IMG/VR virus record: IMGVR_UViG_3300034062_006395 | Location: 1 to 64,000 of that record | Length of the DNA: 64,000 nt | Reading direction: 5' to 3' (one strand) | Source: an uncultured virus (IMG/VR IMGVR_UViG_3300034062_006395) | Taxonomy: Duplodnaviria > Heunggongvirae > Uroviricota > Caudoviricetes | Shown: positions 37,096 through 48,300 of the stretch, in pieces | Numbering within the stretch: the stretch's first letter is position 1 | Layout: every line of letters begins with the position of its first letter | The notes under the pieces: model-generated | The model's database searches: none | The model's input: the letters and a program-made list of their open reading frames with translations, nothing else | Told to the model about the DNA's origin: nothing | Made by a program: the position numbers and the translations under genes

Positions 37096-37822
37096 AAACT
37101 CAAATATTAATGAAAAGTTTAAACCAATGATGCATGAATCTTGGTTAAATAAACTTGGTCCATATTTGAGTTCAAAAGAAATGACAAATAACTTTAAAGA
37201 GATTTTAGAAGATAAAAAGAGATATAAGGTATTTCCCTATTGGCAAAACACATTTGAAGCTTTTAAATTAACACCATATGATTTTACAAATGTAGTTATA
37301 TTAGGACAAGATCCATATTATACATCATATGTTCCAGTTGGTAAACTTAATGTAGTAAAACCTTTTGCAACTGGATTAGCTTTTGGAATTCCAGAAGATA
37401 CATTCGCTGTACCAGCTTCTTTAAAAAATATCGTTAAGGAGTTGCAAAATGAACATGATACTTTGATATTGGATTTTGATTACACTTTGAAAAGTTGGGC
37501 ATATCAAGGTGTACTATTATTAAATACAGCATTAACTGTTGTTGATAATAAGCCAAATTCTCATGTGAAATATTGGGAAAATTTTACAAAAGTAGTATTT
37601 GAAGAACTTAGAAAAAAAGAAAATGTAATATATGTTTTATGGGGCAGCAATGCTTTAAAATATATAGAATTTATTGATAAAGATAGAAATCATATATTAA
37701 CTTCTCCACATCCATCACCTTTAAGTGCTCATCGAGGATTCTTTGGATGTAATCATTTTAAGTTAATTAACGAAATATTGATAACCCAACAAAAAATACC
37801 TATATCATGGTGGAAAAAATAA
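37073..37822 (+). CDS. ung: Uracil-DNA glycosylase family 1
   Basis: VVILGQDPY, ATGLAF, WAYQGVLLLNTALTV, LWG, HPSPLSAHRGF. Confidence 0.96.
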   Translation: MTQLNLFENSNINEKFKPMMHESWLNKLGPYLSSKEMTNNFKEILEDKKRYKVFPYWQNTFEAFKLTPYDFTNVVILGQDPYYTSYVPVGKLNVVKPFATGLAFGIPEDTFAVPASLKNIVKELQNEHDTLILDFDYTLKSWAYQGVLLLNTALTVVDNKPNSHVKYWENFTKVVFEELRKKENVIYVLWGSNALKYIEFIDKDRNHILTSPHPSPLSAHRGFFGCNHFKLINEILITQQKIPISWWKK

Positions 37823-38772
37823 TCTATACAGATAATACATCAGCTACAAAACAGTCCTTAAATCAAATGAATAATCAAGCAGATTTAGCTTATCAAATTG
37901 CAAATAAAAAAGATTTATCTTGTCTTGAATTAAAAATGACATGTAAAGATTATATAAATGATTTATTACTTACAGAGTATAATAAAAAATCTATATCAAT
38001 TCATGGACTTAATACAAGTGACTCAAATTATAGTTTAAAAACTGACAAAGATATTGTGGTATTATTATATTATAATGGTTCAAATAAATTACCAAATAAC
38101 ATTTCAAAAAAAATTATTGAGTTTGTACACAGCTTAGAAGATAAATTAAAAATACAAAGAAGTGAATTTAGAATAACTGATGATTCAAAATTAGAATGCA
38201 GTTTTAATAAATTCTGGTATGAAGAACCTTATTTAATATCAGGTTTAAATAATATGATTAGGTTGTGTATAGAATTAACAAATTATAAAATGCCAACTAA
38301 TTCTTTAAAATTAAGTGATGTTTATGAAAAAATAAAAAATGCATTCTATCAGCATGATTATGATGAAATTATAAATTTATTTACAGTATTATCTCCAACT
38401 AAAACTTCAGATTATTCAAGTAGACTTGCATGGTTACATGATAAATTCAGAGGATATAGATTAATAAATACTACTTATGAAACACATAATCCACCTGAAA
38501 TGAAATTAAAATATACACTATTTACTACTTTAAGTTTGTTACTTGATAATAAAATAATTAAGCAAAAAAAACTTTATAAAAAAGAATATGATAGTGAAAA
38601 AAGATATAGTCCATCAGATATTCACAATAATTATGGAGTAGCAACTTTTTTAAATTTATTAGAAGGTACTTCAAAAGAAAAATTAAATACTTATATATGC
38701 GAAATAACAGAACAGCAGGACACAACTACGAAAGAACAATCAGAAATGAAATTGAAAGCCGTACAGGAATAA
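37807..38772 (+). CDS. Hypothetical protein
   Basis: 321-aa ORF. Confidence 0.7.
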   Translation: MVEKIIYTDNTSATKQSLNQMNNQADLAYQIANKKDLSCLELKMTCKDYINDLLLTEYNKKSISIHGLNTSDSNYSLKTDKDIVVLLYYNGSNKLPNNISKKIIEFVHSLEDKLKIQRSEFRITDDSKLECSFNKFWYEEPYLISGLNNMIRLCIELTNYKMPTNSLKLSDVYEKIKNAFYQHDYDEIINLFTVLSPTKTSDYSSRLAWLHDKFRGYRLINTTYETHNPPEMKLKYTLFTTLSLLLDNKIIKQKKLYKKEYDSEKRYSPSDIHNNYGVATFLNLLEGTSKEKLNTYICEITEQQDTTTKEQSEMKLKAVQE

Positions 38773-39158
38773 AAACAATTACAACAAGATTAGCATCAAG
38801 AGATTTAGATAATAAAAAAGTAGATATAATTTTTGATGTAAAAGATAAAACTGTACGATCAAATAATTATGATGCTTTAATTGGATTTCAATGTAAAACT
38901 ACAACAACGAATATTAAATATGAAGATATATTTGATGATTTTGATAGGTTAAATACAGATGGATATCCAGAGCATTTAGCAATTATAACTAAGAAAACTA
39001 AAAAAGTAAACACTAAATTCATTAATCAAGGAGAATTTGTAACAGTTAAAAAAGAATTATTTTATGACTTAATTAAACATTATTTAACAGACAGAGAACT
39101 TAAATTAGAAAGAGATATGAAATCATTAAAAGTTAGAAAAGATGATAGTATTAATTGA
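38697..39158 (+). CDS. PD-(D/E)XK nuclease, putative Holliday junction resolvase
   Basis: G.NYER, VDI, FQCK motifs. Confidence 0.7.
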   Translation: MRNNRTAGHNYERTIRNEIESRTGIKTITTRLASRDLDNKKVDIIFDVKDKTVRSNNYDALIGFQCKTTTTNIKYEDIFDDFDRLNTDGYPEHLAIITKKTKKVNTKFINQGEFVTVKKELFYDLIKHYLTDRELKLERDMKSLKVRKDDSIN

Positions 39159-39891
39159 TGCAGATAGTTTACCTTATATACACATGAAAAGTGATACATA
39201 TGAGGGAGCTTTGCAAAAAATGAAAAGTCACATAAATGAGATAGTTACAGTTTGTAATGCTGATAGATTTTTATTAGTTTTTACAGAAGGTAAAAATTTC
39301 AGATATGATATTTTTCCAAATTACAAAAACAATAGAACTAAGTCAAAACCACCTATATATTATGCATTAAGGGAGTATTTAAAACAAAATTACAATTCAT
39401 ATTGGCATTCAAAATTTGAAGCAGATGATATTGTAAGTTACTTCTATCATAATAGAAATAAGTTCTTTAATGAAGAAGTTATTATAGCAAGTACAGATAA
39501 AGATGTGTTAAAACAAAATGTCGGTAAACATTATGATTATTTAAAATGTAAATTTGTTGAAAACACTCAAGATGAAGCAAATAGATTTTTGTTTACTCAA
39601 ACTGCTTGTGGTGATGCTACTGATAAAATTCAAGGAATTTATGGTGTTGGTGAAAAGACAGTAGAAAAATGGTTTAAGGATAAAACGACGATAGAAGAAT
39701 TAAGGACGACAGTATTAAATAAGTTTATTGAATACTTTGGATTAAACGAAGGTATCATTAAGTTTTATCTCAACTTTCGATTAGTATATTTATTAAAAGA
39801 AGAAAATGATATATTGAATGTTACTGGTGCAACTTTAGAACTACCTGAGTTTAATTTAAGAGATGAAGATATCAGAGAGTTAGAGTTATAA
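39142..39891 (+). CDS. 5'-3' exonuclease (T5/T7-like flap nuclease)
   Basis: LIDADS, FRY..FPNYK.NR, FEADD, STDKD, GDATDKIQGIYGVGEKT. Confidence 0.92.
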   Translation: MIVLIDADSLPYIHMKSDTYEGALQKMKSHINEIVTVCNADRFLLVFTEGKNFRYDIFPNYKNNRTKSKPPIYYALREYLKQNYNSYWHSKFEADDIVSYFYHNRNKFFNEEVIIASTDKDVLKQNVGKHYDYLKCKFVENTQDEANRFLFTQTACGDATDKIQGIYGVGEKTVEKWFKDKTTIEELRTTVLNKFIEYFGLNEGIIKFYLNFRLVYLLKEENDILNVTGATLELPEFNLRDEDIRELEL

Positions 39892-39905
39892 CCAAAATAA
39901 AAGCA

Positions 39906-40487
39906 ATGTATTACAAATTAAAAAAGCAAGATTATACATTAAATAGATCATATACATATTTATTACCGATGATTATAGATAAACAAGAATTATTAGGTAA
40001 TAGCAGAGATAGTATATTAATTGATGTGTTTATTGGAGATAAAAAACAACCACATTTAGATAATCATATATTCTTATTTACTGAGAAGTTAAATAAGCCC
40101 TGGTATGATACTCTACATAATTGGATAATGAATCTAAATGATTTTTCTTTATGTTATGATATTGATGAAAAATATAGAATGTATGTATTTAACGTTCCAG
40201 ATATTCATCGACATTCATATGAAATGTTTAAAAAAAGTAAATTTTCAAAATTAAATGAAACATATAAAGAAAAAATATTAAGATTTCATAAACAAAATAC
40301 TACTTCCAAAATAGCACAAGTCTTATATAAGATTGAAGAAGGATTTTTAGAACTTGAAGATAGATTAAAAGTTAAGATACCAAGAGAACAAGAACTTGGT
40401 TCTTTATTAGATTATCAAATAGAGATATTTGATGCAAGTAAAATGATTAAAAATGTAACTAAAAAAGAAAAACAGATATGGGATTAA
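39906..40487 (+). CDS. Hypothetical phage protein
   Basis: 193-aa ORF. Confidence 0.75.
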   Translation: MYYKLKKQDYTLNRSYTYLLPMIIDKQELLGNSRDSILIDVFIGDKKQPHLDNHIFLFTEKLNKPWYDTLHNWIMNLNDFSLCYDIDEKYRMYVFNVPDIHRHSYEMFKKSKFSKLNETYKEKILRFHKQNTTSKIAQVLYKIEEGFLELEDRLKVKIPREQELGSLLDYQIEIFDASKMIKNVTKKEKQIWD

Positions 40488-42730
40488 GTAAAATATTAGC
40501 TGATTATAAATTTCAAAGTGGATATGCAAAGTATATACCAGATTTGAAAAGAAACGAAACATGGGATGAAGCTGTATCTCGTGTAATGAGTTTACATGAA
40601 CAACAGATTAACACAATTATTTCTGAGAAATATAAAGACGCACCATTTGATTTGAAGAACCAAGCATTAAATAAGATGTGGAGTTTATTAGATGAGGTAG
40701 GAGAGTCTTATAGAAGTAAATTAGTTCTTGGTTCACAACGAGCATTACAATGGGCTATTGAGCCTATATTCAAGCATAATGCTCGAATGTATAATTGTAC
40801 TGTAAGTTATGCAGATAGAATATCATTTTTTAATGAAGCATTCTATTGGTTGTTAAGTGGCGCTGGTGTTGGCTTTTCAGTTCAACGTCAACATATAAAT
40901 AAATTACCACCAATAACTCAAAGAAATAAAGGTGTTAAAGTATTTGTTGTACCTGATAGTATTGAAGGATGGTCAAATGCTGCAGGTGTGTTAATAAGTT
41001 CATTTGTAAATAAAAACTTTGAAACTCCTTTTCCAGAATATCAAGGATATAGAGTTGATTTTGATTTATCTCAAATTAGACCTAAAGGTGCATTCATCAC
41101 TGGTGGTTTTAAAGCACCAGGTCCAGATGGTTTGAGAAACTCCTTGCTTAAAATTAGTAATCTATTAGAAAGTCAAGTTAATAACCAACAAGGAGAAAAT
41201 AAAATTAAATCAATTGTAGCTTATGATATTGTAATGCATTTAAGTGATGCAGTACTATCTGGTGGTGTTAGACGTTCAGCTACTATTTGTTTATTTAGTC
41301 CTGATGACGAGGAAATGCTAAATGCTAAAACTGGCAATTGGTATATTAATAATCCACAAAGAGCACGTAGTAATAACTCTGTTTTATTAGTTAGAAATAA
41401 AACCAGTAAAGAACAATTTGATAAAATATTTGAATCCGTTAAACAATGGGGAGAACCTGGATTTATATGGTCTGATGATGAAGATATTCTATACAACCCT
41501 TGTGTTGAAATAGGTATGTATCCAAAAACTGAAGATGGTATATCAGGATGGGAATGTTGTAACTTAACAGAAATTAATGGAGGAGCTTGTAATACACCTG
41601 AGAAGTTTTATCAGGCATGTAGAGCTTCTGCTATATTAGGAACAATTCAAGCAACATATACTAATTTTCCATATTTAACTGAAGCAAGTAAACAAATTAT
41701 TGAAAGAGAAGCTCTTTTAGGATGTTCATTAACTGGTTGGATGAACAACCCAAAGATACTATTTAATCCTGAAGTTTTAGAAAAAGGAGCTTCTATTATC
41801 AAAGAAGTAAATGTTGAAGTAGCAAAACTTTTAAAAATAAATCCTGCTGCAAGAACGACTTGTGTTAAACCAGCAGGTACATCTTCAATACTTTTAGAAA
41901 CTGCATCTGGAATACATGGAGAACACTCAAAGAAATACATTAGAAATGTACAAGTAAATAAACTTGAAGAACATGGACAAATATTTCAAAAGTATAATCC
42001 AAATGCAGTTGAGGAATCAGTTTGGTCTGCAAATAAAACAGACAATGTAATTTCTTTTCCAATTGAACCAAAAGAAAATTCAATTACTAAAAAAGATTTA
42101 ATTGGAATTAAACAATTAGAATATGTTAAATTAGTTCAAAAACATTGGGTTGAACCAGGAACAAATGTAGAATTATGTGTAAAACCATATATTAGACATA
42201 ATGTTTCAAATACAATCAATGTTGAAAATTGGGATGAAACAAGAGATTATATTTATGAAAACAAAGATTATTTTGCAGGTATTTCTCTATTGTCTGTCAA
42301 TGGAGATAAAGATTATAAACAAGCACCTTTTGTTGAAATATTTACAGCTCAAGAAATTCTTGAAAAATATGGTGCTGGTTCTATCTTTGCTTCAGGTTTG
42401 ATTGTTGATGGGTTACATGCATTTAATGATGATTTATGGGATGCTTGTGACCACGTATTAAATGAATCAATAGTTATACCTTTAAATTCATCAACAGTAT
42501 TGAAAAAAGACTGGATTCGTAGAGCAAAGAAATTTGCTAAAAATTATTTTAAAAATGATTTATTACAAATGACATATTGTTTAAAAGATGTACATTTGAA
42601 TAAAAGATATCATGATATAAAAAGAACTTTAAAACCTATTGATTGGACAAAAGAAGTTATCTCCGTCCACTTTACAGATGTCGATACATTAGGTTCAGCC
42701 GCTTGCGCTGGAGGTTCATGTGAAATATAA
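40478..42730 (+). CDS. nrdJ: Ribonucleotide reductase, class II (adenosylcobalamin-dependent) type
   Basis: YNC, GAGVGFS, GGVRRSA, NPCVEI, CNLTEIN, VKPAGT, C-terminal CAGGSCEI; no beta subunit gene nearby. Confidence 0.85.
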   Translation: MGLSKILADYKFQSGYAKYIPDLKRNETWDEAVSRVMSLHEQQINTIISEKYKDAPFDLKNQALNKMWSLLDEVGESYRSKLVLGSQRALQWAIEPIFKHNARMYNCTVSYADRISFFNEAFYWLLSGAGVGFSVQRQHINKLPPITQRNKGVKVFVVPDSIEGWSNAAGVLISSFVNKNFETPFPEYQGYRVDFDLSQIRPKGAFITGGFKAPGPDGLRNSLLKISNLLESQVNNQQGENKIKSIVAYDIVMHLSDAVLSGGVRRSATICLFSPDDEEMLNAKTGNWYINNPQRARSNNSVLLVRNKTSKEQFDKIFESVKQWGEPGFIWSDDEDILYNPCVEIGMYPKTEDGISGWECCNLTEINGGACNTPEKFYQACRASAILGTIQATYTNFPYLTEASKQIIEREALLGCSLTGWMNNPKILFNPEVLEKGASIIKEVNVEVAKLLKINPAARTTCVKPAGTSSILLETASGIHGEHSKKYIRNVQVNKLEEHGQIFQKYNPNAVEESVWSANKTDNVISFPIEPKENSITKKDLIGIKQLEYVKLVQKHWVEPGTNVELCVKPYIRHNVSNTINVENWDETRDYIYENKDYFAGISLLSVNGDKDYKQAPFVEIFTAQEILEKYGAGSIFASGLIVDGLHAFNDDLWDACDHVLNESIVIPLNSSTVLKKDWIRRAKKFAKNYFKNDLLQMTYCLKDVHLNKRYHDIKRTLKPIDWTKEVISVHFTDVDTLGSAACAGGSCEI

Positions 42731-42755
42731 ACAATTAACCAAAAAAAACAAAAAT

Positions 42756-43079
42756 ATGAATTTTAAAGAATACCAAGATTTGACACAGCAAACTGCCGTT
42801 TATCCAAAAGAACATGCATTATCATATGCTTTACTTGGATTAGCTGGTGAAGTTGGCGAAGTAACTAATAAATATAAAAAAGTATTAAGAGGTGATAAGC
42901 CTTTTGATGATACTTTTCGTGAAAATATTTCTCATGAAATTGGCGATGTACTTTGGTATGTCGCCAGATTAGCTGAAGAATTAAATCTTAATTTAGATGA
43001 AATAGCTAAAAACAACATTGAGAAATTAATAAGAAGAAAAGAAAACAATACAATAAAAGGTGACGGAGATAATCGATAA
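42756..43079 (+). CDS. MazG-like nucleotide pyrophosphohydrolase
   Basis: LGLAGEVGEV..K.KK, EIGDVLWY, NIEKL..R; likely start ATG 42756. Confidence 0.9.
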   Translation: MNFKEYQDLTQQTAVYPKEHALSYALLGLAGEVGEVTNKYKKVLRGDKPFDDTFRENISHEIGDVLWYVARLAEELNLNLDEIAKNNIEKLIRRKENNTIKGDGDNR

Positions 43080-43091
43080 TTTTTAAATTTA

Positions 43092-44093
43092 ATGGTTTCT
43101 ATTTATAAATGCGACCTTAATGGTAGAACAGAATTTGAAAACATTGCTCCAAATTGTTCAAACTCTTTTTTTGCCAGTATAACTTCTTTTAATAACAGAA
43201 AATTTATAATTAAAATTGATTGTAGACAAAATAGGTTTAATGAAAAAATAGTAAATTTAATCAAATCATTTAAATCATTAGAACCTTTTTTTGAAATTGA
43301 AGAATATGATACAAATAAATATAGTTTAACTTTTATTCATGACAAAACTTTTAATTTAGAACAAAATAAATATTTATTAAAATGGGTTTACTCACTATTA
43401 AGAATATCAAGTGTTTGTAATCAAGAAACACATCTTGAGTTTTTTGATTACTTAATAAATAGAAAAATAGACGAATGTAAAAAATTAATTTATTTTTTAC
43501 TTAGTATTAAGTTTTTTTCAACTTATAATGCAGTTTCACATTTTAATTTTCCAGTAGTAGAATTTTATATTACTCCAAAAGCAAATAAATATTTATATAC
43601 ACAAATTAAATATAAAGATAATGAATTTAGACATAAAACTATTCTTGATTATATTTTTAAAGAAAAATCTGTTCACTATCAATTAAATTTCTATACTACA
43701 AATCAAAGTTTTTATAATAAATCAATGTCAATATTAAGACCATTAGTTAATAAAAAAGATTTCAAATCTGTTGTTAGTGAGTTAAAGAATTTACTTGAAA
43801 CTGATATGCTTATATTGAATCAAGCTGAAACTGTAGAAGGACAACAAATGAAACAAATAATAATTAATAAAACAAGTAGAAGTGGTTCAAATATTTATAT
43901 GGAAAATGATATTAAAATGTTTAAATCAGTAAGAAAGTATTACATTGATAGTATAATAAAAAATAAAGAACATATAAATTATGCAGTTCTTAAACAAGAA
44001 TTAAAAAATAGATTTTTATTAACAGATATTGAATATAAAAAAGTATTAAACAATTTTGAATCAAATGGACGAAGCAATAAGGTACAACAATAA
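43092..44093 (+). CDS. Hypothetical protein
   Basis: 333-aa ORF. Confidence 0.7.
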   Translation: MVSIYKCDLNGRTEFENIAPNCSNSFFASITSFNNRKFIIKIDCRQNRFNEKIVNLIKSFKSLEPFFEIEEYDTNKYSLTFIHDKTFNLEQNKYLLKWVYSLLRISSVCNQETHLEFFDYLINRKIDECKKLIYFLLSIKFFSTYNAVSHFNFPVVEFYITPKANKYLYTQIKYKDNEFRHKTILDYIFKEKSVHYQLNFYTTNQSFYNKSMSILRPLVNKKDFKSVVSELKNLLETDMLILNQAETVEGQQMKQIIINKTSRSGSNIYMENDIKMFKSVRKYYIDSIIKNKEHINYAVLKQELKNRFLLTDIEYKKVLNNFESNGRSNKVQQ

Positions 44094-44412
44094 TAAATTA
44101 AGATATACATTAATGCATCCTTTAGCGACTGAAGGTATGGTAAAAGTTCTAACCAAAAGTTTAGAAAAATACCCTGAAAGAAATTGGGAAAAAGGTTTTA
44201 AATGGTCTGTTGTGTTAGATTCACTAAAACGTCATTTACAAGAAATTGAAAAAGGTAATGACTACGATGATGAAACAGGTGAACTACATATAGATCATTT
44301 ACAATGTAATGCCCATTTTCTTTCAGCCTTTTACCATATATATCCTGAAGGAGATGATAGAAGAAAAAACATAAACGATGAACAGAAAAACAAACAACAG
44401 AATATTAGCTGA
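44065..44412 (+). CDS. dATP/dGTP diphosphohydrolase-like (DUF5664) protein
   Basis: RYN..KLRY.L, KYPERNWEKG, SLKRH, DDETGELHIDHLQCNAHFL. Confidence 0.85.
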   Translation: MDEAIRYNNNKLRYTLMHPLATEGMVKVLTKSLEKYPERNWEKGFKWSVVLDSLKRHLQEIEKGNDYDDETGELHIDHLQCNAHFLSAFYHIYPEGDDRRKNINDEQKNKQQNIS

Positions 44413-44510
44413 AGAAATAGCCTTTGAAATTTTTTCACACCCAGTAACTGTTAAACTGGATTGTGAAATTGAAACATTAACAGATATTATACAAACCAAA
44501 TTAAACAAAA

Positions 44511-44846
44511 TTGAAGAACATGTTTAAAAACCTTTTTACTAAAAAAGTTGATACTGCGTATATTAAATCACTTGAAAAAGAAAGAGATCTTTTAAAAAAA
44601 GTATTAGAAGAATCAAAAAAAGAATCAAATTATTTAAAAATAAACAATGATGATTTCTTTGAAAGACTTAAATCTATTAGTATTGTATTGAATGAATCAA
44701 CTGATCCTTTGTTACTAAAGCAAGTAGAGTTACTAAAGAAAAGTAAAAATGAAGAACTTAAAGAAGTAACAAAGAATTTATTAAATTCTAACAGAAAATT
44801 AATAGAAGATATCAGATTAACTTTAATCAAATCTACAAACGTTTAA
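44511..44846 (+). CDS. Coiled-coil hypothetical protein
   Basis: 111-aa ORF. Confidence 0.6.
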   Translation: MKNMFKNLFTKKVDTAYIKSLEKERDLLKKVLEESKKESNYLKINNDDFFERLKSISIVLNESTDPLLLKQVELLKKSKNEELKEVTKNLLNSNRKLIEDIRLTLIKSTNV

Positions 44847-44847
44847 T

Positions 44848-44985
44848 ATGGCATTATCTTATGTAAAACCAAGAAAAGCAAGAGAGCGTCTTCGCGTTAG
44901 AATTTCTGCTCATGAAGCTTTAGGGTCAAAAATGGATTCTAAACAATTTAAAGGATATAATAAACCTGGTAGTTTAAGAAAGTAA
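44848..44985 (+). CDS. Small basic protein (45 aa; not in the ORF track)
   Basis: MALSYVKPRKARERLRVRISAHE...YNKPGSLRK*; fills the gap between neighbouring genes. Confidence 0.6.
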   Translation: MALSYVKPRKARERLRVRISAHEALGSKMDSKQFKGYNKPGSLRK

Positions 44986-44988
44986 AAC

Positions 44989-45300
44989 ATGAAAAAGTAT
45001 ATATTAATAAAAGCTGATATAAACGACGGTGATTTTGTTACTGAAGTTACAGGTATAACAGAAGAAAATTTAATTAAGATAAAAGAAATTTTAAATAAAA
45101 TGCCAAAAAGTGGTAAATCAATTAGATATGAAACTCAAGAAGTGGGAGGTGATGATACAGAAGATACTGGTTATGATTATATTACCATTGAAGAAAAAGA
45201 ATTTCTAGCTGAATATTTACCAAACGGTGATCCTGATTATTCAGGGATTCACACAATTGAAGATATAGTAATTTTTGAATTTTCAGAAAAATTATTATAA
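44989..45300 (+). CDS. Hypothetical protein
   Basis: ADINDGDF...GIHTIEDI. Confidence 0.7.
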   Translation: MKKYILIKADINDGDFVTEVTGITEENLIKIKEILNKMPKSGKSIRYETQEVGGDDTEDTGYDYITIEEKEFLAEYLPNGDPDYSGIHTIEDIVIFEFSEKLL

Positions 45301-45304
45301 AAAT

Positions 45305-45333
45305 AAAAGGGGTCTTAATTGACCCCTTTTTTT
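45305..45333. terminator. Bidirectional terminator between convergent transcription units
   Basis: AAAAGGGGTC-TTAATT-GACCCCTTTT flanked by A and T tracts at the strand switch. Confidence 0.85.
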
Positions 45334-48300
45334 ACCTACTATAGTATAGAACTTCTTCTAATGATTCAGCATTTTCAAAGAATCTTTGAAAAGAATAAAC
45401 AGAAGAGAAATAAGGTAATGATCGTTTAGTATTTATCCAACCTTTAATAACACCATCTTGTGTTAAAGCATCTTCATCACCAGTTAAGAATAATAAACTA
45501 TTCCAAGAGAATACACGATAAGCTTGTACAGCTTCGTATGATTTTTTCCAAGATGCAGGACCAGTTATAAAGTTACGTCCAATATCCATAGGATTAACTG
45601 TTTGTGAATAGTTTTGTATAATTACATCAACATACTTTTTAAATGAATCATCGTCATCAGCATCGCCAAAGAATAATGCAGAAGCTGCTAATAAAACAGC
45701 AAATGTACTAAATGTAATATAAGTATCAATTAACATTTTCTTAGAGTTATCATCCATGTTATTAAAACGATATTCGTTTAATTTTCCATGACCTAATGAA
45801 GCAACTAAATGTTTCAAAAGAATTCTCCATCTTCCCTCGTTAACTCTTGACATCCATTCAATATAATCTTGTTGACTATTTGGATCACCATTGAAAACGT
45901 ATTTACCAATACTTGCATCAGTACGTTTAGAACCTAATATACTCTTTAATAATGCAGGTACATACTTTCTAAATTGCAATAAAACTTCTCCGAAGATATA
46001 AGCTTCCATTGCTGTTCTTTCTTCACGTCTGTAACCACCATGCATTTCTTGATACACACGTTTTAATTTACGTGTCTCTCTTGCATCAAGTTCAGTAAGT
46101 TCTTTACTTCCTTCTTTAGTTTTAATGATACCTCTGACAGTACCATCCCATTCAACTGTTGATATACCTTGTTCATTTGTAACCACTTTATAATGATCCC
46201 ATAGAGAGGAGCCATCTTTAAGCTTCATGTTGTGCATTTGAGCACCCATTATAATCATGGCATTAAGTTCCTCAGGCATAGTGTGGAACCAATACATTAA
46301 ACTTGGATTAGTTGGTAATGTTCTAAGATTATCACTAACTGTTAATAACTCACTTGAATTTGTTGTCCAATAATAATTATCTGGAAGATATCCTAATTTT
46401 TTAGCAAGAAGAAATAACTTATTAGAATCTTGTTTATTTAAAATCATATCACCAATTAACTGTCTGGTATCTTTCCAAGATTTTCTTAAATCTGCAAGTT
46501 CAAAATCGATATTATTATTTGATACTCCAAATACTGAGGATGCTACTTTTTCAGATACTGCTCTTTTTGTAGTTAACATATTAATAAATATACCGTTTCT
46601 AATACCGTTTAAAGGCATTAACCACATAATACTTGCAGATGAAAAATTTCTAAGTCCTAAAAGAACTTTAACCAAACTAATTGATTTATCATATTGAATA
46701 ATTTTACCATCTTTGGTTTCTCTTGTAGTTGGTATTTTAATTTTCTTCTTAAAGAATTCAACATCACGATATTTTCTATCTTGAATGTCTAACATTAATT
46801 TATCTCTAAGAAATTCTGATGCGTTTTTATGTTGTTTTGAATCTGAAGATTTTAAATCATAATAATATTGTAAGCCTTTTCCATATGCATAGATAGGATC
46901 TAAATGCTTTTTAACAATCATATTACGCATGAATTTGCTAAATGCTTGTTCAATGTTATAACTGAAGTTTTCGTTATTTATAATATAGTCATTACCTAAA
47001 TATTTAATAGGTAATGCATCGTAATTTACAGATTGCATTTCAAAAACATCTTCATAGAACATTGTTAAATGACGTTCATAGAAGTACTTCCAATATTCAG
47101 CACTAAATAATGGATACTTTTGATTTGCTTCTTGTTTAGTTATAGGTGCTCTTGGATAAAAAGATCTTGTATGTTTAAACGGATTATCATTTTTTCTTCC
47201 ATAATTAATTAAATCTCTATTAGTCATAGGTCTTCCGTTATGTGAATAAGTAACTACTTCATCCAACATACCTTTATCTCCAAGAAATCCTTCAAATTCA
47301 TCTTGAACAAATTTTAAGAATGTTTTTTCTTCAGGTTGTAAAGCATTCCATTCTTGATCTTTTTCAGTTACTAAATCATAATAATGAGCCGAATTATCAT
47401 CTGTATAAGTTCTTTTCTTAAATGCAAAGCCATATAAGCTTTTACTTGGATTTGTTTTATCAAATGCAACCACATCAACTAACATGTTTCTTGTTATAGT
47501 ACTGATTGATTTTTTACCTGTTCTATTTAAATATGAGTTGTAAATTGGTAACAATAATGTATAAAGTTGTTTTTCTTTCTGTTCGTATTCTTTTTGAACT
47601 TTATCAAATGCTTCGTCTTGTTTAATTTTAAAGTTTTGTAAAATAGGATCACCTAATTCTTCATAAGTTGCTAACCATCTTGAGAAGAAACTAATACCTT
47701 CGCCACCAAAGAAGTTTAAATCTAATTTTGGGTCTGAAGATAATTCATGTATTTGCTTTGCTAATTCAGCAGCTTCTACTTTAAGTGCGGTTTTAGTTTC
47801 TAAATTAAGATTTAATGCACTCTTTTTAATCAATTGACTTAACTTCTGTTGTTTCTCAGCAAGTATTATATGTGCAGGTTTATTTGTTTTTAATTTATCA
47901 ATAGTAGAAGTTTCACTTACATATTCACTTGGTTTAAATACATTTGAATTCTTTTCAATTATTTTCTTATATAAATCTGGTTGTTCAATTTTATAATACT
48001 GCTCAATCATTTTTAAATAAGTACTGATTTCAACAGCAGAACGATGATCAACTTTGTTACTCATGTGTTTTCCTGGAATCCAAATTGCTCTTAAATCTCT
48101 AAATTGCATTTCAGGATTTTCAAGCTTTAACATGAAAGCATAAAACATCAATTGAAGTTTAGCTCTTTGTCTTTGATTATCAGTAACATCAGTAGATTCA
48201 CGATCACCATATTTTAAAAGATTACTGAATGTTTCATTATTAAAACCAGCTCCAGTTTTAAAATCAATTAAAGAGAATGTTCCATTCTGGTGTAAAATTA

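Noticed and set aside
3370..44830. Short - strand ORFs opposite + strand genes (e.g. 3370, 3960, 8513, 11774, 17148, 19172, 19735, 22633, 35052, 41221, 41647, 44323, 44630)
   Set aside because: They are antisense to well-supported genes or RNA elements in a uniformly + strand region and have shadow-like composition.
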